From assembly GCF_964204865.1 (NCBI RefSeq), contig NC_135259.1, positions 14,570,001 to 14,634,000 of the forward strand: a DNA stretch of 64,000 nt, written 5' to 3'. The stretch's first letter is position 1, and the number at the start of each line of letters is the position of its first letter. This document shows positions 35,623-46,808 of this stretch, in pieces. The notes beneath the pieces are model-generated. The model was not told the DNA's origin and searched no databases. It worked only from the letters and a program-made list of their open reading frames with translations. The position numbers and the translations under genes are program-made. The DNA comes from Styela clava. Taxonomy: Eukaryota.

Positions 35623-37139
35623 TATGAAAATTCACTATCCTGCTTTCAGAACGAAATAAAGGATGAAAGCCGTGATAGTAATCCCACCTTTCTGCCTTTG
35701 ACAAAACGACAACAAGACAACGTGAACGACGAGCACCACCTGTTTAAATGTAATTTGTTCCACGCGGAAAAATGTAAATACCGTTAGTTGCAAATCAACG
35801 ACTAACATGCCGATGCAAATTCTGCAAACGAAGGAAAGAAAATTGTTTGCAACAAACTTCTAGTCTAAATCTAACAATGAGAACTAGCGAAGAACCAAAT
35901 TTCACCATCTATAATAACTCAGCACCGTTGACTGAATAGCAATATGGACCCGACAACCATCTCTTGTCTGTCTTGTAGCTGAGAGCTATTACGTAGATTA
36001 GGACACAAGAAAACACGTTTATATGGTGACACTGGGAAAATCATTTAAAAACAATAGACATCATGAGAAGTTATGAAACAGTTTAGATATAGATTTGAAA
36101 CAATATAGGTTGACATACAGTTATCAGTAGCCAAACAACTGAAAAGGTTGCAGGTCGATTGATTACCAACTTTGGTTTGGATCGTTTGAGGAAATTACTG
36201 CAAACTTAAATCCAGGTGGACACAATTTTCACTGAATGTTTGTTATTAAATTAATTATAGTTGATTGCGTACAGTCGTCAATTATTGTGCGCGGGGATAC
36301 CAGCGGAGTGTTTGTTATACGTCACTCGATCAGTTGCAGGATTTCATAATAGCGTTGCTTTGTGCTTCGCTCGGTGGTGCCGTTATATTAGATACAGTAT
36401 GCAGGTAGGCAAGAAGTAGGCCTACTTGATAACTAGAATCGTACCGCTGTTATTTTATTTTGTTGACTGTCAAGTGATCATCTATTTGGGAGCAACGCCA
36501 ATAAGAGTTGTGTTTGATTACAAAGTGATAAGTTAGCAATAATTATGAGGCTGACTGCACAGCAGGGTCATATTTTATATAAAAAAAATCTATAAATGAT
36601 TTGCGGCTTTGAAGCTACACTTTCAACAATTATTCAAATTTGTCTTGTTCTTATTCGTTCAATGTTCTACCCGCGTTGCAGTTGGATCAACATATTCACC
36701 TTTCTCTGAGCATATGCTCGTCTATGAAAACCGAACAGCGTTATAACCTAACCTTGCTAAGAAATTATGTATTGTTTTTATATCGATATAAGGATATCTT
36801 TTCACTACCAGTTTTTCAGTTTCCCATTGTACGCAATATTTATATCAACTGGTAAATATCATCATCTACTTTGTTTTATCCAACATCACTAGTTTATTTT
36901 GTCAAGCTTCGTATTTATTACGTTAATTCTTAAGTTGATCAAAATTCCTTGTTTTTGTCAGGGCTTTTTTTTATATAAAAGTCGGAGTTCATACGAAGAT
37001 ATAATTTAAGCCCGGAAATATTTCATTTGATACAGCTTTTTGTCCTTAGTAACATCTATATTCTAATAGAGGTTAGGTTCAGGTCTACAGACAGAAAGTG
37101 ACTTTAAGCTTGTAAAATGCCTTAAAAGCACAAATTATT

Positions 37140-38265
37140 CTTGTTAAAAAATAGGCTTGTGAACAAAATGTTGATAATAAATGAAGCACAACCGGTGTTT
37201 AGCAAAACGATGTAATTTGCCGACGTTTCGAATATATATATACAGAAAAACTTCATCAGGGAATGATATGGAAAGGACACAAGTGAATATATATAGAGCA
37301 AGAAAAAGAAAAAAGGAAAATATGAAAAAATTATCATGGCGTCAACTCTAATCTGAAAGGATGATGGTAAGATGATATATATAATTAAACAAATTAGCGC
37401 AAGTTCAAACAAAAAGGGGGACTATTTAAACAATGATTTATACACAGGCGGAAAAAGTGTGGTTTCTTTGTCATTCATCGAATTCTTCTCTTTATTTATG
37501 TGATAAGATTCGAGAAATAGTCTTCTCCTGTATTGAGTTTCTTTTTCTAGTATCCTGCTGTTTGCCCATTCGATGCTATGGTTATTAGAAAGGGCGTGTT
37601 TCGAAAGGGCCGACTTGTCAATTTTCTTTTGTTTAATATCTCGTAGATGTTCCTTGCTGCGATTTTCCCGGCTTCTTTTGGTTTTCCCAATGTAGACTGA
37701 AGAACAGTCGCTGCATGGGATTGCATATACAACTCCGTATTTTTGTTTAAAGGCATGGGCGGTCTTGGGACGCTGGAGAGCAATTGGCCGATAGTGTTTT
37801 GGGGTTTAAAACTTACTCTGATTTTAACGTCTTCCAAAATTCTTCGAATTTCTTCACTTAGTCCTTGGACATACGGAATGGTGGTAGATGCGATCGGTTT
37901 GGGTTTATCAGGCAGTTTTTGGAGATTTACATGATTTCTGAACATTTTTGTTGGATATCCATTTTGTCGTAAAGTCTTCTTAATGAAATTTATTTCTTGT
38001 TTCTGCTTTGTTTCATCCGATGTAAGGGACTACTAACAACTGAACGTTTATGGTTAAGCGGGTGGCTGAAATTAAAATTAAGATAGCGATTAGTATGGGT
38101 CTTTTTCCTAAATTTATCAGTCGTCAATTCTCCATTTCCTTCTCTCTGTATCTGGACATCTAAGAAGGCTATTGTCCCATTGACTTCATTTTCTATGGTA
38201 AATTTTATGCTTGGTTCGATCGTGTTGATGTGGTCGTGGAACGCGTCACAAAATTCCTCTTTCGT
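37140..38265 (-). mobile_element. 5'-truncated Penelope-like retroelement: RT C-terminus plus GIY-YIG endonuclease, frameshifted; 3' pseudo-LTR region
   Basis: Minus-strand translation gives FHDHINTIEPSIKFTIENE..IAFLDVQI..FRKKTHTNRYLNF..HP; IPYVQGLSEEIRRIL..VSFKPQNT; GVVYAIPCSDCSSVYIGKTKR..R.KEH..KSALSKH..H.IEW..RRLFLES..NSMN. Stop at 37422-37424. Confidence 0.9.
37219..37262 (-). ncRNA. Minimal hammerhead ribozyme-like motif (probably degenerate) in the Penelope-like 3' region
   Basis: Minus strand ccCTGATGAag..(ta)n..cGAAAcGTCgg has both catalytic boxes and the ACGUC stem III / cleavage triplet. Stem II pairing is poor. Confidence 0.55.
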
Positions 38266-38804
38266 TCAACATAATCAAACATGAGTTTACCTGGTGGCAA
38301 TCATGCACTATTTCGAACAAAATCTCTGGAAATTGAGACTTATCGGGACTAATTTTTGAACATTCCTACTTAACTAAAGTTCTCCGCAAGATACAATTAC
38401 AGTTAAATTACTTTATTTGCAACTAATTTTTGGAAACAAGTGAAAACTGAGAAATACCACGCAAAACCGCGAAAACGACGTCTTGTTATAACCGTGCCTG
38501 AAAATCTGTCCGAACGAACGAAGTGTCTTAGCGGCTGCTAAAATTTCAATTGTTACGTCATCGTGGACTTTTCGCCGATCGGTCATTGTTACGGTAATAA
38601 CAAGGAACGCGGTGCTCCGGGAAACATCCATAGAGTAACAAGTTAGATAGATAGCCGCTGTACATTACATTGCTGTACATTGAATGACTTTGGTGAGCTG
38701 AAAAAGACTGGAGAAAATTCAAAAGATTAAGAACGGGTTCTCTTTTGTATTGAAATCCCTTAAAAGGTTCCCTCTTCAGAAAATTTATGTCTGGCACATA
38801 CAAA

Positions 38805-39704
38805 GCTAGTTCTATTATGAGAACTAGCCAAGTAACTCCCGTAGTATTTGTACCTGAAATTATGGCCGCCTTATAGGGTTGCCAACTACGAAAAGTCTCA
38901 ATAAAGGACATAGATTACCGTCATCATTCATTTTGTAACTTGCAGGAAAGAACAATATAAAACAATGAAATACAAATTATATATACAAGCTTAAAAGATA
39001 TATTAAAAAATCTTCATGTGTTTTTCATTTAATGTTTGATTAACATTGACCCAAATAAGCTCTAATTTTTCAGTTGCATAAGTTTATAATTCTTAAAGTT
39101 ATATTTCTTCCGACTCTTTGCTGACTTCAGCAATTGTGGGTCTTATTTTTTTTTCCGAAAATTCACGACATGTGTCTTTCAAGTTGAAGTATATTAAAAG
39201 CTCACTTTTCATTAGTTGTATGAAGCATCTGTTTCTTTCACTGCGCCGTTTAGATGACATTACACTAAAAATGCGTTCACAATAAGCCGAGGTTTCGGGA
39301 ATAGAGAGCACAAATGAAACTATTTTGAAAACATTAACTTTCATCTGCATTCTCGAAGAAATCAATAATATAAAAAACTGTGCCATGTTCCAAACTAAAA
39401 TAAATATTTCTTTGAATATTTGAGCTAGACCAAAGCGAAATTAAAAAGAATATTTAAAAGCTTTAAAATATATAAACGGAGACGATTTAAGAACGGAACA
39501 ATATCAAACACAGTACTATACTATCGGGCAAAACGATGTTGGAAAAAATAAAGGACAATTATCATCTTGAAAAGGACAAGGACAAAAATCTCAAATAAAA
39601 GATTGTTCTTTGAAATAAAGGACGGTTGGCAACCCTACCGCCTCACCTGGTTCACATACTACGTTCCGATGTCCGCCATCTTGGTTTACATACTACGGGG
39701 GTAC
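38805..39704. mobile_element. MITE family A half-copy interrupted by a hAT insertion
   Basis: ctcccgtagtatttgtacctgaaattatggcc before the insertion and acctggttcacatactacgttccgatgtccgccatcttgg after it. Confidence 0.75.
38874..39637 (-). mobile_element. Internally deleted hAT transposon with transposase C-terminal dimerisation-domain remnant
   Basis: Perfect 13-bp TIR tagggttgccaac / gttggcaacccta. TSD ccgcctta/ccgcctca. ORF 39099-39386 contains VLSIPETSAYCERIFSVM..ERNR. Subterminal aaaggac repeats. Confidence 0.9.
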
Positions 39705-39800
39705 AGTAAATTTTATCTACTCCATATTTCTGGTATTTGGAATCAGCAACTGTTTCGTATTTAGAGTCACTCAATTTTTCCTAATATATATACCTTGAAA
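39660..39800 (+). repeat. 141-bp near-identical direct repeat, copy 1 (copy 2 at 44370-44510)
   Basis: Three mismatches by eye. Comprises a family A end plus ~95 bp of flank. Confidence 0.9.
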
Positions 39801-40004
39801 GCTTAGCATCAACTTTTCTGCGTTTGTTGCCATTTATTGTCTAATTATCATTAAATTATAGGTTCAATAAAGGATAGATTGTGAATTATATATTTGTTAG
39901 GTTATATTATAATTTATTCTACGCGTGTATCACAATTAATTATGTTACATAAAGAATATAATAGTAAAGACAGCTGTTTTGTTACTATAATTCAGTGAAG
40001 TCGA

Positions 40005-40640
40005 AATTCGCGGACCGGATTATATTACTCCGCGGGCCGTAGGTTGCCGACCCCTGGTTTAAACTCTAAAACAAGAAGGGCTCGCGCGTACTCCCGGAAT
40101 CCCAACTTTGGTTAGACTTAGAGGGTTGAAATGCTCGTGATGTTGGATTTAAATAAGGACGTCGAGCGGACTAGTTGGTTTGAAAGACTTTAAAAACCGA
40201 GTGAAAACGGTGTAGAGTAGAGCGGAGCGGTGTTATTAACCCGGGTTCGGTGGAGCTGTTCCAGGAGTTCGACGAAGTTTTTGCTTTGGTTGTGTTTCTC
40301 TTTTCAAGTCGCACAATTTTTTTCCTGTAACGAAATCACCTGCCTCGGATGCTGTTGTGGCACAACAAAATCTATTTCGACACGGTGTACTTTTCAAGTA
40401 TGTTAGAAACAATTCCGAAGATTTTTTTTTTGTGAAATATGTCAACTAAGAACGAGACCTGTTTGGATAATTATGTGTAATTGTCCTGTTCTATTGTTGT
40501 AATTTATGTTTCCCTATATCCATCGGATTCGTGCTCTCCAACAAAAATGTATTCTAGTTATTGATGACGGTTTGGGGTTCGACAAAAGCTTCCAGGGTAA
40601 CGTGCGGGTTCGGCAGTCTCGCAAAGGTTAAGAACTACTG
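40005..40640. mobile_element. Charlie-like hAT MITE fragments
   Basis: Termini ggttgccgacccctg (to 40056) and ggttaagaactactg (to ~40639), with gggttcg subterminal motifs. Confidence 0.45.
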
Positions 40641-40797
40641 ACGTAGAGGGTTTGTTGTTTTGGTGCTGGCTTTTAATTATAAATACGAAAGCGATTCGGG
40701 CAATTGAGGTAGGAAAATTAAAACGTAATTTTCATTTTTCAACTTTTGCCTTTATACCCCTAAACACAGTCAAATCCTATGGTGGTGCGTTTGCAGA

Positions 40798-41958
40798 TAG
40801 GGATGGCGGAATCGACTCCGAATTCGATTCCAAAATGTATTGGAGTCGATTTTTAGGGTTGAAATTTGTATTGCAAACAAGGTATTATGTTCTGTGACAA
40901 ATTGTTCACATATTTGTATCAACTGATATGAGGAGTTGCTACAACGCCGCAAATTTTACTATATTTCTATAATGTCCTTCTGGCTCGTTTGCGCGGGTTG
41001 AGGGCACATGCCACATTTGGACCATTTCTGAATATTTTATCTTATTCATTGCGTTCATTACTCCTATTTACTTGGAGCAACTGGCATCAAGAACAATAAA
41101 AAACTTGTTGCAGTTTGAAGTAGACAATTTTACACTTAAGAGATAAAACAGTCTGCAGTCCAACAGACAGGAATAGCAAAAGAACTCTTCCATAGAAATG
41201 ATGAAGCATGTATTGAAAACTGATCAGTGATGGTATGGGTAGCTCTGAAGTGACTGTGGATGACATTGATGAATTGACCAGTGAGGTGGCGTCTTCAGCC
41301 GAGATATTAAAAGATTTGAATGACAAAACTCGCGTCATATCTGCGACCCACGAAGAAATGTTGCAATGTTGGCGACAAAACAAAACATCGTATCCAAACA
41401 TCGCCTCTGTGTCCCAGCAACATCAGCTGCATCAGATAGAGCATTTAGCTCAGAGGAGCTTTCCGTGTCCAAATTCCGTTCGAGCTTACAGGACTACATG
41501 TGAACGAATTGAACTTTTTTACTATGATAGAAATTTATTGACACAAAGTGGACATTCAAATCGTTTTTTTTTTTGCATTTTTGTTCGAATTCATGTTCTT
41601 GTTATGAAATATCTTTTATCATTACCTACTGAACCAATTGCCAGGAGGAAATTCCGTGGTTAAAAATTGTAATTTTCCGCTAGAAAGCTATTACATTTAT
41701 TTATTTCAAGATTTTATGTGGGCTCTGAGGGATTTGTTTGCAATTTTGTCAACTGTGACAGATTGAAAACCCATACCACTTAGTTTAGGCTTTTGTGTTC
41801 ATATATTTGAACATTGCTCACTTGTTTGATTTGTTAGTATTGTTTGAGTTGGTATGTTTTCTCGTTAAGCTATGTCGAGGAATCGAGAATTTGAACCGAA
41901 AATTTAGGGAACCGGATAAGAATCAAATACTTGTAATTACTCATACTTAGCAACCTTA
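40798..41958 (+). mobile_element. Decayed hAT transposon with dimerisation-domain remnant
   Basis: LQCWRQNKTSYPNIA, then in a shifted frame LCVPATSAASDRAFSS (~41360-41450). Ends tagggatggc / gcaacctta. Flanks tttgcaga/ttcccaga (6/8). Confidence 0.65.
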
Positions 41959-43083
41959 TTCCCAGAGGAGTACAGCAGCCTTGCACAATGCGTCCATGCA
42001 TTTCATACTAAAGGAGTCACGTGTGAAATAAGTATCATTTGTTCCCATAGTAGTGCGCTATGCTGAGTTTAACAGAAATATTAGGTTAGCGAATTAAGAA
42101 GGTTTATCCTATTCTCAAGTTTTAACTGAAATACTAAGAAATAAATTGTTGAGACGAGTCATTGCATGGATAATTATGAGTAACACTGACGCCAAAACAT
42201 TAAATCAATATGTAATTTGATGAGTAATGAATTAGGACATGGTATCCAGATATGACGTCTCGAACTGATATCTTCCTTTTATAATCGCGGAATTTTAATG
42301 CATACTATTAAGTTGCCTTTGTTAGCATTGACTGGTACGAGGGCCAGTTCTCCTGTTAATTACTTTCACAGCCCTGCAGAATGGCTTAAAAAATACTTTG
42401 TAGATTTCTGTTTGTTTTTCTATCATAATTAGTAACCTCGGTATTAAACCATAATATTTGAAACTTCAAATAATTTATCATTCCGTTGGGAATAAATGAA
42501 AAATATTTATGGACTTATTTTCCCAATGTAGATTCACAGCAAATATAATTTGGTATAAAAACCTATTTTTGCACACCTATTAGATAAAAGCTAATGATTG
42601 TAAAGTAGCTACAACAAACATGACACAATTTTCAACTACTCCACAGCTATACATTTTGCATTGTAATAAAGTCATTTGGTCTTCGCATTCTGTTGCTGAT
42701 GTTTTCTTTTTTTCACGTTTATACGCGCTCTTGTTTCGATGTTAGTGTTATCTGTATCTCCATGCCCGACAGGTGACAGTACAGGGCAACATATTTTCGT
42801 TCGATAAACCGTCATTCATCATTTAAAGCGAAATTTTACTCATCGTTTATCTGCACGGATCGTTTTAATGCCTTCCACATGAATATACACTCCTGGTATA
42901 TCTGCAGAGTGCAATAATGATTGACATATATGCTTGTCTATGAATTGATTAAGCGAGGCTATATTCCTCCAAACGATTACAAAGATGTGGTTAAAGTAAC
43001 ATATCACGCCATATCTGAAATGAGATTATCTCGCCAGTCTCGCCTAGTGAGGATTTTTAATGAATACTGAAATAACAAGAATC

Positions 43084-43312
43084 GGTTCTCCCGAAGTATG
43101 TGAACTAAGATGGCGGACACCGGAACGTAGTATGTGTAGCAGATTGGGGGTTAGGCCCTAATTTCAGGTACAAATACTACGGGAGCCACTTTGCTCGTCC
43201 CCGAACTAAGTAATATTGAGAAAATTGGTAAAAAATTATGGCCTAACCCTAACCTGGTACACTTACTACGTTCCGATGTCCGCCATCTTGATTCACATAC
43301 TTCGGGAGTACC
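43084..43312. mobile_element. MITE family A, complete copy (long TIRs, GG termini, 8-bp TSD)
   Basis: ggttctcccgaagtatgtgaactaagatggcggaca ... tgtccgccatcttgattcacatacttcgggagtacc. TSD caagaatc/caaaaatc. Confidence 0.85.
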
Positions 43313-44369
43313 CAAAAATCAGTGTCAAAAACCATTGAATTAAAATTGAAATAATGATATATCACGGTGATATGCCCAGACGCCATTTGCTGTAAATTTC
43401 ATATGAACCAAATAAAATTCCATAACAAATCACGCACATGATATTTAGAGTGATAGTGAGCTAGACGTGATGTCTCTATAACCGTATTTTGGGTGTCTGG
43501 TACTCCATTTGTTTACTATTGAAATCGAAAAGTGACAGCTGAAGACACGATATAAAATGCAAAGGTTGGCCATTGATAACTACTAAACTATCAAGAATAT
43601 TTATCAGTGGCCTAAAATAAATATAATAATTTGGCTGCAAACTTCAGGTAGCTCATGATATATTTGCACAAAACGTCGTAATTATTTAAAGACAACGCCT
43701 AGTTACATGATATCTGGCGCCGGGCGGAAATAAAATCAAATTTTTCCTGTTCGGACGCCGGCGTCTGCTCTCTGCGGTCGAATCCAATATTAGCGTAACG
43801 CTATTAGGGTATTGACAAGCAAAAATACTAACGGATGACATTCTTTTCATCGTTATTGAATTAACATATTGTTATGTCATATTGGTTTGTCGAACCCCGT
43901 CGAAATGACTGAGGTAAATAAATCGTTTAAAAAAAAATCGAAAACACACTTGGTCAATCTCGGGCCGTGCACAAATTTTCCTGGCATATGAGGTTTTTTC
44001 AATATCTCAGGTATGGTGCATTTATATTATATTCCACGATGACTGACATGGCGCCCTTTTGTATGGGGAATTTATCTCGCTCCGAGAACGGAGATATCCT
44101 CGCAGCAGGGAAACTTCCTCTAAATATTGATGGTCGTTCCCTGTCGCCCGCAACGCCGCAAATTACATTTATTTTTAGAATTTCCTTTCAAGGCTTGTAT
44201 TTGGGGCTGATAAATACATTATCATAAATACATTAGAGAGAGTTACACATATCTCACATATTTTCTATTTAAATAACATTTTGTATGTTGTATAGTGTAC
44301 GCTGCTACAGAAGCAATCATCTGGACTACAGGACCGCTCGGGTGACCGCTAGATAGGAAGTAAATTTGG

Positions 44370-44510
44370 TACGTTCCGATGTCCGCCATCTTGGTTCACA
44401 TACTACGGGAGTACAGTAAATTTTATCTACTCCATATTTCTGGTATTTGGAATCAGCAACTGTTTCGTATTTAGCGTCACTCAATTTTTCCTAATATATA
44501 TACCTTGAAA
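44370..44510 (+). repeat. 141-bp direct repeat, copy 2
   Basis: Matches 39660-39800. Confidence 0.9.
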
Positions 44511-45050
44511 ATATAAGTGTAAGCCTACAGTTCTCATAAGGCATTAAAGTCCTACAACTGTTCCCATTTGCAATAGATTCTGCAAACGCTATTAAAGAGA
44601 ATATCACCCTCATGAGCAAACAAGCATTGTCTACTCCGGTCAGACGCGTGTCGTCTGTTGATTAAACATGGACGGTCTTTAAGTCTCTACAATGTAAACC
44701 GTATCATTATCTATACTTACTTGAGCAAACCACTATAAAACTATGTAAATATGAATTGTTCATTTAAGTATTTACACATCGTAGACCTGGTTTGTAGAAA
44801 GTCTCCATATTGTGTTTAATTCAATAATATTTATTTTATAACAAATCCAAAATGTCAATTAGATATTCAAAGAATTATTCTACTCTGTGGTTTTTTATCT
44901 AAAAACGATTAAAATATTGAAAGCCTCTGGGCTGTTGAGATGTACGAAAAAATAAAAATTCCAACAATATGCGGTTTTTCAACTTGTTGTAAGGGAAATA
45001 TGAGCAACCACAAATCAACATTTTAAAATTAATTTATGCCAAAAATCATG

Positions 45051-45186
45051 CCTGTGCATCTGGAACAAATAACTGGCTTACTAATCTCATACCCGACATT
45101 GACTAATGAGAAGCCGTGGTACGCCATGTGATTAAGCTGTCTTATTGGTTTTCCTATCACCCGGGATATATGTGTAAATCCTATTC
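45051..45186 (+). mobile_element. tRNA-derived SINE, 3' part
   Basis: tgcatctggaacaaataactggc ... atatgtgtaaatccta matches the 3' half of the SINE. Confidence 0.7.
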
Positions 45187-46539
45187 TAAAAGAGGTATTT
45201 AGCATCATATATGTGATATGACTGGCACATGTCATGATTCGCAATGTGATATGTCTTTTCTTGTCTGTCCTCTTCCCGCGTCAATTGAGCAGTTTACCGA
45301 TATTTATTGGTAAATCTACATTTTTGACTCAATACTAAAGAAATCAAGTGTCACATAATATGACATTTCTAGAGCTTTTATACACATTCCTTATTGTTGA
45401 CTAATTTTATTAAAATGTCGAGAGGTGTGAGACCGGCATACTTTGACGATTCTTACAAATTCTTGGGAAGCAAATCCCCACAATTGACACTCTCATATAA
45501 TCGAGTTGAGATAATAGATTAACGCACGTTCAAGTGGATATTTGTGAACGATTATTCGAAAATCAAAAGGCGGTTACTTGAGTTGAGGCCAACGTGAAAT
45601 TTCCCTCTGACAACACCCTTCATTAATGTTGTAATAATATAAGCACACTTCAAAATTTTCTTCTCCCTACGAAAGACAAGTAGCAGTAATAGATTGGGTG
45701 TGAATTTATTTCCATAGATAAATTTTTGGTGGTTGAAATGGCAAACAGTGAGCAAAAGTGGAATATTTCCGAACGAAAAGTTTGTTCTGGTGTGATTTTT
45801 ACGTACTACGCTACATCATCTGTATTAATTAATTGTGTATAAATAAGAAACGTGTGTGTTTGAATATAGAACATTATTCATTTTTGTGAAAATACATAAA
45901 ATATGTCATATTAGCTAGAATTCTTCGTCTTCGATCGAAAAATTAGGATTCACAATTAATACTTCGAAAATGAAATATATCATCATATGCACAAAAGATT
46001 GCTTAAAGTTAACTAAAATTCCTTTCTATTGTTTGTACTGAAACCGATATTTAGACAGACAGCGCATGAACTCTCGATGGCAATATAGTCAATGAAGACA
46101 GCCGGGATGGTTTTGAATGTAGGCCCCTAATGTAAAATTGATAAATTTAAGTTTATTATTCATTTTATATATATATATGAAAAAAACACGTATTATACAG
46201 CATATAGAGGCAATGCTCTATTAAATAGAGCACCATTTACACTGTCCTGGTGAATGTGTCCGACACATAAGAAACCCGTGGATGACCTAGATATCTTGAG
46301 TGATTACTCCTATCGTATCTATGCGCTATAGGTAGACTTCTTCATTATTTTTTTGGAATGTCTTCCATAGTACCTGAACACACTTTGTTTCAAGCTTGTC
46401 ATTTATTTCAAACTGCAAACAAGAGATTGATGCTCAAATATATATACGAATACGAAAGCAAAAAGTAAAGTAGTGTGGGTATGCAAATCTGTCACAGTAG
46501 ACTACCGGTACCATAGTCTTAACGACTTCGCCTGACCAC

Positions 46540-46808
46540 TAACGCGAACCCGGAACCCCCACAAGGTGCGCAAATTTTTATGACGTCACGGCGTACAGAA
46601 AACGAATCCCATAAAGCCCACAGAAATTGTCGAACTAAATAAAAGTAATAGCCTTCTATAGTGAAAAATACAATCTCCAAACACTGAAAATTTCAAAGCA
46701 TTTGGTCCTGTAGTTTTTCCCAACAAAAAGGGGAAGAAAAGAAAGACTAACAAGAGCAATGAAAACATAATCACAAAACGATTCATATGTATACTTCGTG
46801 TACAATAA
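46540..46808 (+). mobile_element. Helentron/DINE-like repeat family H, copy 1
   Basis: Reverse-complement match to 57706-57930. AAC/AAG-rich tract, then a short imperfect hairpin (gtatacttcgtgtac) and aataa. Confidence 0.55.

Noticed and set aside
43147-43256. Telomeric repeats (ttaggg/ccctaa)
   Set aside because: Only 1-2 units, always internal to MITE family A; not a telomere or interstitial telomeric array.
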